Source of the DNA: Camelus ferus | Lineage: Eukaryota | DNA length: 64,000 nucleotides | Assembly: GCF_009834535.1 (NCBI RefSeq) | Contig: NC_045707.1 | Span: 53,818,001-53,882,000 of the forward strand | Direction: 5' to 3' | Shown: piece after piece, positions 24,230-38,592 of the stretch | Layout of the letters: each line of letters begins with the position of its first letter | Numbering within the stretch: the first letter of the stretch is position 1 | Notes under the pieces: generated by a model | What the model was told of the DNA's origin: nothing | What the model saw: only the letters and a program-made list of their open reading frames with translations | Databases searched by the model: none | Translations under genes and position numbers: made by a program

Positions 24230-27200
24230 ACTTGTTTTTTTCATTGAGGGGTAATTTACATACGGTAAAAAGCATAGATCCTAAGGCTGATGAGTTGTGA
24301 CAAAAGTTTGAATTTGTGTAATTCAAAACCCAGTAAAGATGAGAATCATTTTCTTCACTCCAGAAAATTTTCTTTTACACATTCCCAGTGAATTTCTCTG
24401 ATGTGAAAGGCACTTAATCTTATCTATTCTTGATCTTCACATAAATGGAATCAATCATTATATACTTTTTGGTGAGTGTCTACTGTTTCTTAAAATAATG
24501 TTTTGAAATTGATTTTTGTTATTGCAAATATCAGAAGTTTATAACCTTTTAATTGCAGAGTATTATTCTATTGTAGAAATATACTGTAATTTGTTTATCC
24601 ATTTTTCTGTGAGATGGACATTGTGTAGTTTCTGGCTTGGAGCCATTATGAATAAAGCTTATATTCAAATGTAAATATTTTCCTGGTCATGTAGTTTCAT
24701 TGCTCTTGTATAAATACCTGGAATGAAAGTGCTGGGTTATAGGGTAGGGATGTGCTGAACATAAAAAGAAATCGCTCGTTTCCTATGTGACTTTACCACT
24801 TTAAAATCCCACCAGCAATATCCTTGCTAACATTTGGTGTTGCCATTCTTTTGAATTGTAGCCTTTATGGTATTTGTTGATTTTAATTTGTTTTTTCTTG
24901 ATGACTAATGATGTTGAACTCTCATTACATAATAGACATGCTTTTATTTTTCTTTGGAAAATATTTGTTCAGATTTTTGCACATTATTTAATTGAGTCAT
25001 TTGTCTTTTTATTGCTCTGTTATGAGGGCTTGGGGGGCAGATAAAAGTATTGCAAATGTTTTCCCCCATTTTACAACTTGCTTATTTTCATAAAAATGTC
25101 TTTCAATGAGCAATGTTTTAAAGTCTGATGAAATCTAACTTATCCCTTTTATCTTTTGGTTAGTGCTGTTAATATCCTAAGCAATCTTTGCCTGCCCCAG
25201 TGTCATGAAAATGTTTCTCTAAGTTTGTGTCTGGAAGCTTCATAATTTCAGCTCTTAAATTTAATCTATAAAACATCTCAAACTATTCTTTTGTGAATGC
25301 TATAGAGGTCAAAATTCATATTCCCCATTTGACATTCAACTGCTTCAGCATCATTTGTAGAATAGATTTTTGTTCCTGCATTGAAATTCTTTGGCACCTT
25401 TCTGGGAAAAAAAAAAAACATTGATCATACACTACGCATGGGTCTACTCTGTTTCACTGATTCATTTGTCTGTCTGTATGTAAATGTCATACTGTCTTGA
25501 TTTCTGTAGCTGGATAGTAGTTTGGAAATCAACAATGATAAATTCCTCAACTTTATCTTCTTTCAAATCGTTTTGGCTACTTTAGGTTTTTTTCATTTCC
25601 TATAAACTTTTAATTTGAGTTCTTTGATTATATTTTAAAGCCTGATTTTGTATTAAGATTTTGTTGAATCTAGAGATGAAATTAGCATCTTCAAAATATT
25701 GGGTCTTGAATATTGCATATTCCCCATTTATTTAGTTTTTTTTTTTTTAACTCATTCTTTTCAGCAATGTTTTCTAGCTTTCAGGCTGGGGGTTGTTTTA
25801 TTAAATGTTATTTTCAAATTGTTTGTTGTGAGCTTATAGACACCAGATAGATATTTGCACATTGCCATTGTATCTGCAAACTTGTTAAACTCACTTATTT
25901 ATAGTCTACCAGCTTCTTTGTATATTCTTTTGGATTTTCGACCTAAACAATCATACTATATGTCAATAAAGACACTTTCATGTCTTCCTTTCTAAACCTT
26001 AAGTCATGTACTTCCTCATTGGGCCTTTTTTTTTTCTCCCCTAATTGAATTTGCTGGGACCTCCTATACAATGTTGAATAAAAGTGGTGAGAGCAGAAAT
26101 CCTTACCCTAATCCTAATGTTAAGTGACAGGAGTTCAATATTTCACAATTAAGTTTTATGCTAGCTGTAGGTTTTTTCCTTTTTTCCTAGTTTGCTGTGA
26201 GTTTTTAATCATGAATGGATTTTGTCAAATACTTTTCCATTAAGATATTAAGATATCATATGACTTTTGTCCTGCCTTTCTATTAATATGATTGATTGTT
26301 TGTACTGATTTTTTAAAATAATAAACTGACATTTTGTTATTGGGATGAACCTCGCTATGTCTTACCCTTTTTACATACTGTTGGATGTGTATTGATGATA
26401 CATTGTTAAGGAGTTTTGTGTATCTTTTCATGAGAGATAAATGTTCTGTAGTTTTCTTTTCTTGGAATACATTTGACTGAATTTTGGCATCAGGATTATT
26501 CTGGTCTCATAAAGTGAGGTGGGAAGTGATCTTTCCACTAACATCTTCTGAAAAGTTTGTATAAGAGTAATGCTATTTGGTTAGAATCTGTCAGTGAAAA
26601 CGCCTTGGCCTTGTGGGGAAGTCTGCATTTTCATTTATTTATTTTTACCAAATCTACTTCTATTTATATGTTCTATTTTTTTCTCCCACCACTCTTTTAT
26701 CTAAACTAATCAGGAAAGAGGACAGAAGGGTCATCTGATGCTTATATGTTAAGGCTTAACCATGTGCATCTGCAAGATGCTGAGGGATTCTGCAAATTCT
26801 TTAAGGCAAGGATAACAGCAGGTTAAATTAACACACGTGTTAAGACTAACACATCTCAATAAGTGTCTTTCATCATGACTATTTTAGGAAGTCGTCTACT
26901 AATCTGACAACCTGATCACAATACCAGTTTGAGATGCGACCTCAGTATTTCACTGTTTTTAGATGCATAGATACAATCTGACTGAATTATCTTTGAGTGA
27001 TTAGTGTTCTTCAATGAGTTTAACTAAACTACCTAAACGTATTCATATACCTTTATTCACAGTATTTCTTTGTTATCTCGTTATTGTTTGGAGGCTCTAA
27101 AGCAACATCCTTTTCTTCATTGCTGATACCGTGTTTTTCTTTTTCCTTGATCAATTTTTTAAAAGATTTTTCAGTTTTATTCATCTTTTCAAAAAATCCA

Positions 27201-27485
27201 CTTTTGGCCTTATTAATTTTTTCCCATCATTTGTTCTTTATCTTATTGATTTTCAGTCTTACCATGATTATTGTGTCCTTTTATTTACTTTTGGTTTAAA
27301 CTATTCTTCCTTCTCTATCATCTTCAGGTTAGGCTTAAAATATTAATTTCAAACCTCTTCTTTTTTCCAGCATAAACATTTAAATATATAAATTTTATAG
27401 CTCATGGTTTTAGCTAATTTTGATTAAGTGGTGTTTTCATTACCATTCATTTTTAAATATTTTCTAATTTCCTTGTGGATTTTCC
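24230..27485 (-). mobile_element. Old, fragmented L1 (L1M-type) in antisense orientation
   Basis: T-rich degenerate L1 text such as tttatccatttttctgtgagatggacatt and caatgttgaataaaagtggtgagagcag. ORF-track hits 26240..26431 and 27084..27299 look like decayed ORF2 pieces. Confidence 0.8.
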
Positions 27486-27499
27486 TTTGATCCACCGAG

Positions 27500-27630
27500 T
27501 GCTGGATCCCACCCCCAGAGTTCCTGATTCAAGAGATCAGGTTGGTGTCAGAGAATTAGCATTTCCAACAAGTTCCCACGCAATGCTAAGGCTGCTGTTC
27601 TGAGGACCAGTTTGAAGGGACTACTGCTCT
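27500..27630. mobile_element. hAT-Charlie MITE, MER5A-like
   Basis: cccacccccagagttcctgattca...gaattagcatttccaacaagttccca...atgctaaggctgctg. Confidence 0.7.
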
Positions 27631-29499
27631 TAAACTTGGTTCTTATTGTCAGGGCGTGGCCTTTCTGAAGATTCTTCACTAGCCATTTGGAAATCCAATT
27701 GCTCCCAACATCGGGCTACTTCCGGAATCTCTGTTCTGCTGTCATCCTCCCCTCCATTTTTCTGCGCCTGGTCTGTGGAGTCAAGCCTTGCACAGCATTC
27801 CTTTGTGTTTAGCCAAATACCTGGAGGAATCACCATGCATATTTCCAAGGCTCCTTCTCTGTGCAGCTCCCTCATCTCTGCTACCCTGTGCCATGGAATA
27901 CAGCAGTGTCAATAGCTCCAGAGTGGACTCCCTGTTTGCTCTGCCCAGCAGGTTTGTTGCCATCTTTGGGGCTCTTCCTCCCCATGCAGCAGTTTGAGAA
28001 GTTCCCCGGGCAGATCACTAGGGTGAACTTGGGACTCAGTTCAGGAGTTATCCTTCTTTCAGGAACTAGAGCTGTATGCTGTTTTTCTTTTCTTTTTTTC
28101 CCAAAGCCTGAAAAGAGTTGTTTCATATATTTTATCCTATTTTGTTGATTTTTATGGCAGAAAGATAAACCTGCTGTGGCCACAGCTGGCTGTGTATATA
28201 CATCATTATTGTAACGCCTTCCTCTCAACTGAATGAAAGATGTTCTCTCAAAATGCTCGTTGCCTTTCCTTTCTTCCAATCCTCATTTTCCACTCTCCAA
28301 CTCCTGCTCCAATTGTAAAAGACACACTAAAATATTTAATACTTGGAACTTAATTAAAGGTGACCATCAATGATTCAGAAATATGTCTCTAAGTAACTCT
28401 TTGATTGAAACAAGGTAAATGGCAACAAAGAGTCTGATACAAAGAAATCTGCTTTGGCATCGTTTATTCATTTTTAATTCATTCACCTGATTTATATTTG
28501 TTGAACACTTTTTGTCAAACACTGAGCTAATGTCTCTCTTCATCAAACAAAGAAGAAAGACATAATTCTTTTATTACGGTTTCAGGGAGAACGTTTGAAA
28601 GAAAAGTCTTAATAATGAAAAAAACATTTCAATTGCCTAGATGCCAAGTGTTCTTGTTGGTTGGCGTTTATCTTTGTAAACTCACCATGGTTTAGGACCC
28701 AGAAAACCAATGTCTTAGTTTTAGATATCATCAAATCCTGGACAACTTAATTCATGATAACTGAACTCATGAGAGAGTAAAGTACTTTAATCCAAACAGC
28801 AATTTCTTAATTTATACTAAAATCTCTAACTACCACAGTGTCTGCTCCCACATGCTCAGGTCAAGACATTCTTCCATTGTACACAAGTCTATTATAATCA
28901 GGAGTTGTTTTGCGAGCATGAAATCAGCACAAAGATTGCTAAATGATAAGCATGGTTTCTGGCCCCAGGCTCTGGTAATCAAATGCTTCGCCTCCACAGT
29001 AATAATTGCAAATATTTGTTCAGCCATTACTTTCTCCCAGCATTTCAATGGGGTCCAAACAATTCTAATTGCTGTTTTACAAATAGAGATATTGAATCAC
29101 AGAGAGATTGAGTAACTAGTAAGTGGCAGAGCGAAGTGGGAGTCAAGCACTCGGAGCCTGTCTCAAGGGTCCACGTTCTCAGCCGCTCTGCCCCAGGGCA
29201 ATACCGAGGCCAGGATATCAAAATTTGATAGACTGACTCTTGGGATGGGCAGCACTTGTACTGAGATTGCTGGGACGCGTCGCTTCCTTCGCTCTGCTTT
29301 TCCAAGTGTCAGTGGCTGGCTAATACTTCTTTGACTAAGACATCTTTCGTTATAGGTATGATAATGAATTCAGTGATGTTTCAGGGGAGTTTGTCAGGTG
29401 GTTTTGAATAACGCCTCTTAATCTATTGTTGTTAATTTATAGGGTGATCTCAACCTGGAATACTGTGGGTGGTGTCTGCAATCAGAAATATTATATGTG

Positions 29500-29730
29500 G
29501 CTTTAGCATCTAAAAAAATTAATTTGTTGTCACGTGTTTCATATGGCAAGATTTCACATTAAAAAAAAAAAATCAAATGTTCGTGGGTTCTCTTGGAAAA
29601 AAAGAAAAATCAGAAAATTTAGAGTTAATGGACCCCTGCTCCACACAGTGCCAATTGGCTGGAGCGGCCCAGGCAACTCTCTTCATTAGCATCGCCTGCT
29701 TAACAGCTTCAGGCGTTTGCATTAGCAATA
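29500..29730. mobile_element. hAT element fragment, MER102-like
   Basis: agatttcacattaaaaa...ttctcttggaaaa...caattggctggagc. Confidence 0.5.
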
Positions 29731-29889
29731 CTTGATATGTAGTTTAACTCGGAAGAAAATAATTTCTGACATTTCATCAAATTGTACATAGAACTTTTTA
29801 TTTTAACATTCATACAGTTGTCCATAATTAGAGTGCATTACTTATTTATTCATTATCTTATTAGAATATATTCAAAATGTTTCATTTTA

Positions 29890-30090
29890 TGAGAGGCAGC
29901 CCCTAGTAACTGATAAGAGCATAGCTTCAAATCTCTGCTCTGCTAATTAGTAGCTTTGTGACCTCAAGGAAGTTATTTCACTTCTGTGCATGCAGTTTCC
30001 CTTATCTATAAAATAATGGTTAAAAAATGAGCTTATCTCATAGACTCTTATGAGGATTAAGGACAGTGCCTCACACATCGTAAGTGATTG
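29890..30090 (+). mobile_element. MIR SINE
   Basis: tagctttgtgacctcaaggaagttatttcacttctgtgcatgcagtttcccttatctataaaat...tgaggattaa. Confidence 0.7.
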
Positions 30091-30446
30091 TTACACAATT
30101 GTTTCTTTCTACTACACACAATGATGCAAAAATGTACCCTTTTGGACATTTACAAATACACCTTAGGTTAGATTTTTAGAAGCAGAACCACTGAATCAAA
30201 GATATGTATGTTTCATTTTTTTTGGGTAGTAAATTGGAAAAGTAGTCCCCAAACAGAGTGTTTTGATTAAATACCCATCAGTAGTGTATACCCTGGTAAA
30301 TACTGGTAAGTATTATTTTTAAAATGTGGCTACTCTAATGTTAAAGAAGTAACTTGACTTTGTTGTTTGATTTTGTATTTCTCTAATATCTAATAAGTCT
30401 GACTGTAATATTTAAATAATGTATAAATTATTTAACTCTGTAACAT

Positions 30447-31225
30447 TGTGATTTGTAATAAGAAATATATATTATTAGTCTTCATCCCCTATCTCTGGCA
30501 CAAAAGTCCTAAAACTCTTAGAATTTACTAAGAGAGAACAATAAAGTCTTCTGTCTTTTGTTATATAAGTGAGGTGAATTTTGGGACTGAAGAAAGAAGA
30601 AGGGGGACTGGTTGCCAGTGGGACCAACCATGTCATTAGAGGGTTGGAACTTCCAGTCCCCTGGATCCCACCAGCTCCAGGGAAGGGAGAGGGGCTGTAG
30701 ATTGAGTTTAATCACCAATTATGAAGGCTAATGATTCAATCAATGGTGCCCATGTAATAAGGCCACCATAAAATCTCAAAGGACAGGGTTCACAGAGCAT
30801 CTGGAGTAGTGAACACTTGGAGATGTGGGGAGAGTGGAGCACCCTAAGAGGTCATGAAGCTCTATATGCCCTTTCCCCATATTTGCCTTATGTGTCTCTT
30901 CCATCTGGCTGTTCCTGAGCTTTATCCTTTTAGGACAAAAAAGTGACCTAGTAAATAAAATGTTTCTCTGAGCACTCTAGCAAATTCATCAAACCCAAAG
31001 AAGGGGTTGTGGGAACCTCTGATTTATAGCCAGTTGGTCAGGTGACACCCTGGGCTTGTGACTGGAGGCTGAAGTTAGCGGGCAGAGGAGTCTTGTAGGA
31101 CTAAACCCTTAACCTGTGGAATCTGATGCTGTCTCTGGGTAGATGTGTCAGAACTGAGTTGAAATGTTGCAACACCCAGCTGGGGTCTGGAGCATTGCTT
31201 GGTAGTGTGGGGGATACTTTCCTTC
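30447..31225. mobile_element. LTR, MER21-like
   Basis: tgtgatttgtaataagaaatatat...accaaccatgtcattagagggttggaact...ggaacctctgatttatagccagttggtcag...aaacccttaacctgtggaatctga. Confidence 0.75.
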
Positions 31226-31239
31226 CCCAATACTGTTGG

Positions 31240-31770
31240 AACTATAATCAGTACATAAATACTTGGTGTGACAATATACCCCAAAACTTAGCAGCTGAAA
31301 AAAAAAAAAACATTTATTAACTTAGGCAGTATTAAGAGTCAAGAATCTGAAGGCAACAACTTTGCTGGGTTGGTTCTGTCTCAAGATCTCTCATGAGGTT
31401 TCAGCCAAGCTATAGGCCAGGGCTGCAATCTCTGGAGGGGCTGAGGTGTCATCTGCTTCTGAGCTCACTCATGTGGCCACTGGCCAAAGGCTTCAGGTCC
31501 TTACCATGTGGGACTCTCCAGAAGGCTGCTCACAATCTGATTTCCCCCAGAGCAAGGCAGGAGCTATGGTCTTTTTATAACCTGGTATTGAAAGTGACAC
31601 ACCAACGCTCCTGCTCTTATTCGTTAGAAGGAAGTCACTCAGTCAAACCTATTGCTGTTCATTAAAAGTGTGTCACTAGGACCCGTCTGCACACAGGGAG
31701 AAGAGAATTAAACTTCATCTACTGAAGGGAAGAGCATCAAAGAATCAGTGGACATATTTTAACACTTCAA
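31240..31770 (-). mobile_element. MaLR LTR (MLT1F/G/H-like)
   Basis: ataccccaaaacttagcagctgaaaa...tctctcatgaggtt...gtggacatattttaa. Confidence 0.65.
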
Positions 31771-32199
31771 CACTTAGCTTCTCTCTCTTTCTGTGAATTC
31801 TCTGTTTACAAGCATGACCATGGTTTTTTTTTTTTTTTAATTTTAGTTTTTAGGGCTCTGCTACATATGAGAATCTGCAAGCTCTAAGCCACTAGACTAG
31901 AATATCAATATTGTCACATTTTAAAAAGATCTATTTCTCCCATCAATCACTTGGGCGAATGCCTAATTTACCAGGAAATCTAATACTACCTCTCTCTCTT
32001 TCCTTTACCTCCTTCCTTCTTTGTAAAAAACAAAGCAGTCCTGCTTGCAGAGAATATTGGGAAGGAAATGTGAACAGCTTACTTGCAGTTCTAGCTTTTT
32101 AGCTGCCTTTGTTTCACACAGAATTTCAGTCTCAAAAACTGGATCCACAAAGCCAGATCTGTGCCAACTGCCCTAACAAGCTCAGATCTCTGTAAGTGC

Positions 32200-33049
32200 A
32201 GAAAATGCAAATTAAAACTACAGTGAGGTATCATCTCACACCAGTCAGAATGGCCATTATTAAAAAGCCTACAAACGATAAATGATGGAGAGGCTGTGGA
32301 GAAAAGGGAACCCTTCTATATTGTTGGTGGGAATGTAGTTTGGTGCAGCCATTATGGGAAACAGTTTGGAGAGTCCTCAGAAGCTAATGAACCAGCAATC
32401 CCACTCCTGGGCATATATCTAGAAGGAACTCTAATTCGAAAAATACATGCAGCCCAATGTTCATAGCAGCACTATTTACAATAGCCAAGACATGGAAGCA
32501 ACCTAAATATCCATTCATAGATGACAAAAAGGAAGCTGTGGTATATTTATACAGTGGACTACTACTCAGCCATAAAAAGGATAAAATAAGTCCATTTGCA
32601 GCAACATGGATGGACCAGGAGATCATCATTCTAAGTGAAGTAAGCCAGAAAGAGAAGGAAGAATACTATATGATACCATACATCTGTTATCTTAAAAAAA
32701 CAAAAACAAAAACAAAAATAAATGAACTTTTACAAAACAGAAACAGACTTATTCATAGAAAACAAACTGATGGTTACTAGGGAGGAAAGGAGGTAGGAAG
32801 GGATAAACTGGGAGTTTGAGATTTGCAGATACTAACTACTATGTATAAAATAGATAAACAATAAGTTTCTTCTGAATAGCATAGAGAACTATACTCAATA
32901 TCTTGTAGTAATCTATAATGAAAAAGAAAATGAAAACAAATATATGTATATACATGTATGACTGAAACTTTATGCTATACAGCAGAAATTGACACATTGT
33001 AAACTATACTAAAAAAAGTAAAATAAACAAACAAAAGAAAAGGCAACTT
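32200..33049 (+). mobile_element. 5'-truncated L1 (end of ORF2, 3' UTR and A-rich tail)
   Basis: Translation MFIAALFTIAKTWKQPK...FAATWMDQEIIILSEVSQKEK is the L1 ORF2 C-terminus. Ends gaaattgacacattgtaaactatact plus A tail. Possible decayed TSD agaaaa(t/g)gcaa(a/c)tt. Confidence 0.92.
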
Positions 33050-33486
33050 TGAAAGTCATATATCTCTTCCTAACCTACACTAACAAAGGTAGCTAGAATT
33101 TGAAAATCTATAATGGCTATATTTTGAAAGTTTTCCTTCACGGGCTACATGTTTTTCTCTAGAATTCTAGTGAGAAAGATGAAACCTGCAAACTTCCTTC
33201 CAGTTGGGTTTAAATCATCCTGAGCAACCCTGGTATTGGTTCAGTCCAGGAGGGCATTTTAATTCATTGAGAAATTCTATAACATTAAATCTCAAAGGGA
33301 AGTTGTGGACTGAGGCCCCAAACTTCCCAGGAGGCTCGCAGATTCTGGTGCAAACTCACCCACATCTTCTCCCAGAACACAGGGGTTATTAAAGGAGGTG
33401 GCTTTTCCCCAAAGGACAAGAGATATGGATTTGTTCTTCCCCAAGGAAAATTAGTCCAAGTTCATCTGCTTCATATTATTATTGGT

Positions 33487-33940
33487 GTGTTAGTCTGCTT
33501 AGGCCTTCATAACACAATGTCACAGACTAGGTGACAAGCAACAGAAATTCATTTTCTCAGAGTTCTGGATGCTAGAAGTTTGTAATCAAGGTGTTGGCAA
33601 ATTCGGCTTCTGGTAAGGACTCTTCATCCTGGTTTGTAAATAGCTGCCTTCTCTCTTCTTTTCCCAGAAATAAACTGGTGTCTTCAAAAAAAAAAAAAAG
33701 ACCCCAAAACAGAAAACTTTCTTCTTGCGCCTGCAATAGGAGAGAGTGCTGGTGTCTCTTTCTTCTCCTTAAAAGGACACCAGTATATCCTTATAAGCAC
33801 ATGATGTTAGGGCCCTACTCATATTATCTCATTTAACTTCATTGATACAATTCCCTAAATGCTCTGTTTTGGAATATAGTCCCACTGGGGCTTAGAGTTT
33901 CAACATATTAATTTGAGGGGATACATTTCAGCCCATAACA
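33487..33940 (-). mobile_element. MaLR LTR (MLT1A-like)
   Basis: tgtgttagtctgcttaggcc...ttctggatgctagaagt...atcaaggtgttggca...ttcagcccataaca. Confidence 0.75.
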
Positions 33941-36900
33941 ATTGGTACTAGTGCTTTGATACATATGAAGCTAATATGTTCTCCACACCATAAAGAAAGA
34001 TGATTAGTAGTGTGGTGAATTAAAGTTACATTCACAAAATCTATAATCAGTTTAAAAAAGGAAACAGTTCCAAATTTACTTAATACAATCTCTATTAAGT
34101 ATCAGTTAAGGAAAATCTTCCAAAGATCATGTCAGTGATTGCATTGTAATTCTAAACCATTGTTGTTAATATTCATAGAATGGTGATAATAATACCTAGT
34201 TCTCAGAGTTATTACAATTTTTCTCAATATGTCTTAAGAAATTTAATTGCTTCTCCCCTATATCACCCCTGTACTTTATGCACAGATCAATTCAAGGAAT
34301 GATGCTTTATATTACAGTTGTTTTTCCCATTCAACTCAAGCTTTTTGAAAACCAGAACAGTGTCTTCTCATCTCTGAATTGTAGACTTTTAGTTCAGTGC
34401 CTTGCATACTCTGAGTGTCCAATAAACATTTATTATATCAAAGAACTAATCAGCCTTAAGTCAATGTGCTTGTTAAACGTGAACTAAACATAAATGGGAA
34501 GAAATAATGATTAGCAAATGTATTAAGATTATGTTTGTATCTCTTAACACTAATAATTAAACTGTTTTTAACCTTTGTTAAAAATTGTCAACATTTATCA
34601 TTCCGTAATATTCTCGACAAATTACCACAGATTAATTTGAATTGCTCACATAATGCATATCAAAGACTATGCATCTAAGACTTTTATTTTTGGTATAAAT
34701 AATATCTGAGGCAAACCCTAAAGTCTTAAACCAATAAGTGATTGCTCTTTATAACTTAAAATGCTCTAAATGAAAGAATATTGTAATTATCTCCGATATT
34801 CAGCATACAGATGTTAATTTCTTTTTAATATGCATTGATAATACCAAAACCTGGTCAAATCAGAAGACTGACAATAAACTTTAAATTTTCACAGATAATG
34901 ATTCTAGCAATTTCATGTGTGAGTGGTTGAGGCGGTGGGAAAAGAAGACGTGATTCTAACCCCTTCTAGGGACACTCCATGCAACACGGTGATTTTAAGC
35001 TGAATCATACACACCCCAAGTGGTGGGGACCACGAGGTGACTGAGCGTCTACTGACCATGTATTATGCATTTAGAATGGTATCTCCATTACCATATTAAT
35101 TTTCACAACAGTCACATTAGATATGGATTCCACGTGAGTTTAGTTAGGAAATTATATTACGTGACAATAGTATCTCTCTTAAAGCATTTGATACTGTCCT
35201 AAGGGAAGGGAATATGGATTGGGAGCTTCTATCCATATGACCCGTATGAACCAAGTCCTGAACACCCAGTGTCATGTCTTTTAAATTTACCTCAGTCATG
35301 ACAGGACATACCAACAGCTTTGATTCTACTCAGCCTCTCTCCCTTGGACATACGTACCATGTCCCTCAATTATTTTTCTCCTCCATTTAGTTCATACACA
35401 GAAAGCACGTCTTTTGTCTCTGTAATCTTCCAGGTAGCTTTACACTGAAAAACTATTTACCAAATGTCAAATCGTGTATGATTTAAATGTTCTTGACTCC
35501 ATATCATTCTCTATTTCCCCCTGGGGTGAAAGGGTTAGAAGCCTGTAAACTATATTTCTGAGACACTTTGCCAAGCTAGTGGCCTCAGGGCCAACTTTCT
35601 TTTAAGTTCTAACATTGAGAAATGTGGGCAGAAGTTTGGAAAATGGGAGGAGCTGAGAGATTTGCAAATATTGGCCCAGCACTGTTGAAATGCACACTTC
35701 AGGGATTTCACCAGGAATAGTTCTCAGTCTAACAGGAGTGAAAGGTCAAAGAAGTTTCTCCAGCTGCTGAGAAGCACTTGTTGGCTCATGAGATCCAGCA
35801 CAAGCATGGTAGCAGCTTCCAGGTACTCTGTGTTTGCTTCTCCATTCCTTCCAACACTTGTGTAACCAATTCTCTGCATCAAACCTCTCTTGGCATGAGC
35901 TACCAAAAGTGATGTTTAATATCTTGGCTAGAAACATATGGTATCACGTTTTCTTATTCCATTCCACTTAGTATTTGCTAAAGGAGAGTTCTGAATTCTA
36001 AAATTATGAGTCTTTGACACATTAAAACTTGAGGAGTAAATTTCTAATAGTAAGCACATCACAAACCTCCACAAGACATCATTTTTTGCAAGAAAAACTC
36101 TGCCAATGCCTCAGGAGTTCATGAAAATTCTTGTCACTGGATTAAAACTATTTTCTTTCTTTATAAACTATGGCAAAGCGTTCATTTAGGCTTGTGAAAT
36201 TTGAACCCAAGTCATTCAAATGGTTGAAATAGACTGAGTGTGTATAGATACATAATTTTAAAAGAAACTAAATTGAGAGGATTGTGTTTTGAGCCTATTA
36301 CTGGGTTAAGTCTGGAAATGAACTTATTCTCTTCTATTCTTAGAATCCTTAGCAGTAAAATGTGTCCTTGCACAGATGAATTCTAAGGCGGGTTTTAGGT
36401 TCTAGATTTTTATTTTGTTCTGTTTTATACATTAATTAAGAAGCTGAATCTCAGCTACTAACATAGTCGACAAGGTCTGTTCTTGGTTCTACTTCATGCT
36501 AACCCATGTTTTTGAGCAAGGGCGGTTATATCTGAGTCTCGTCTTCATTGACATAATGAGAGGTTTGAAGTAGAGGGTATCTGTTTCTAACCTACGCTAA
36601 AATCATCTTTGATTCCAGTCTGTTCTTTGATTTGAGTAATGGTTAAATCATAAGTCTCTAAACCTCAGTTTTCTTATTCATAAAACTGAAACAATATTTT
36701 CTCTTCTGCTGACCATACTGGGATCAAGTGAGATATCAGACATAAAAATGCTTTATTATGATTCTATTATTTCCTACAGCAAGTGAATGTGTATTTGAGG
36801 GCGTTTATCTATTCATATGCACCCAGTTCATTTTATTAAAGTATCTGTGTTTCACAACACTTTCTTTGAAGTTGAGCAATTTCTAGTAGCAGGTGCCCTT

Positions 36901-38221
36901 ATATGGATTTGCCAATTTATCTCATTTAGAGTTAATAATAGCCATGGCTACTCAGTGAAGAAATCTGACCTTTTATTTAAGACACAGGTATCTGGCCAAC
37001 ATCCAACCAGTCAGCTACTTCAAATACCATTTAATTAATTAAAAGCTTGGAGCCACCTATTGAAGCTGGATGACTAATTAGACATATGATGATATAAGTC
37101 CCACAAAAGCTTAGGAGTGCCATTTAAAACTTTTTTTGAGAATCAAAAGAACATTGTCACTGTAGAATCTTAGAGCTAAAATGGAATCTCTGCTGCTGGG
37201 CTTTTCCTAAATCATTCAAGATTGCTATTTCTCCCATGCTCACAATCTTTTAGAGAGGTTATTTAAAAACCCAAGACACCTACATCCATTCTTTAAATGA
37301 TTCTGAGAAAACACGCATCCATTCCAAATTTTAGGTGTGATTTCCATCACCATGAGCAAACTTAAGGTAGGAAAGGACCCCCGAAGACATTCACCGGAAT
37401 AATAATAATAGTAATGACAATAGCTCTAGAATTCAGTTTAATCATTTACTCTCCACTCACTTCTTTGAGATTTCCCACCTTTTGCTATAAACAGCTCTGT
37501 TCTGCATGGGGCCCTTTTGCCCCATCTTGATTGTCCAAAGATTCTTGTTCAAGTTCAGATCCCACTCTTCTGGCCAGTTTTAATTATTGCTGCGTTCTTC
37601 TCTGTTGTCCAAACAAAACAGGTTCTCTAGCTTGCTATTGTTTTCCTTAATGGAAAAGTGAGGTTTTGAGTAAATCAGATAAACTGACTGACTTTAACAT
37701 GCTATGTAGTATATTTCCTCACAGATTACCACGTAGATGGTGACAGATTGGCTCAGAGTCAATCACCTGTGCATAATCCACGATCTAGAACCTCAGCTCT
37801 GCTGTTTTTTCATGCAGGCCTTGGGGAAAACTGGCTCTTCCCAGCACAGATGTGTATGATAATTACATACACCAGGAAGCCAATTTAGTCATTAAAATGT
37901 GAAGAGTAAACCCCTAGTAACAAGCATACAACACATCTGCACTAGACTATTTTTTGAAAAGAAAAAAATCCTCTTAAACTTATATTTAATGAAAAATGAG
38001 AGCACATTATTACTAGTTTCTTCACTTCACAGATCAAAAATCTGAGGCTCAGTCCAGTTAAGTAATTAATCCAAGATTTTTACTAAGAAGCGGCAGAACT
38101 ATGACTTGGATCCCTGTCTATGAAGCTACAAAACTCATACTCTTAACCCTTCTACTTATATCAGCTGCCCTTTTAATGACATCAGATGTTAGAAAAGTTC
38201 ATATGATAAAAAGCCTTGAAT

Positions 38222-38592
38222 GTGGTCATCCGAAGTAGGGGTAGAGAGGGAGGGGGAATTGGAGGAAGGTGGTACAAACTTCCAGTTACAAGATAAATAA
38301 GTACTAGGGAGGTAATGTACAGCATGACGACTATAATTAACGCCGGTATATAATATATTTAAAGTTGTTAAGAGAGTAAATCCTAAGAGTTCTCATCACG
38401 AGGAAAAATAATTTTCTTTTTTGCTTTCTCTTTTTATTGTTTCTATATGAGATGACAGATGCTAGCTAAACTTACTGCAGTAATCATTTCACAATATATG
38501 TAAGTCAAACGATTATGCTGTACACCTTAAGCTTATACAATGAGGTATGCCAATTATATCTCAATAAAACTGGAGAAAATCAATAAAAAAAA
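38222..38592 (+). mobile_element. L1 3' end, L1MA9-like
   Basis: Characteristic ggtacaaacttccagttacaagataaataagtactaggga...tcctaagagttctcatcac...ctgtacaccttaa...caattatatctcaataaaactgg. Confidence 0.8.

Noticed and set aside
26625..27080. Non-L1-looking segment inside the old antisense L1, starting with a T-rich run
   Set aside because: It could be another insertion, but I found no TSD or clear boundaries.
27630..28279. Cluster of overlapping ORFs up to 132 aa
   Set aside because: No recognisable homology. The region adjoins old L1 sequence and is probably a degenerate repeat.
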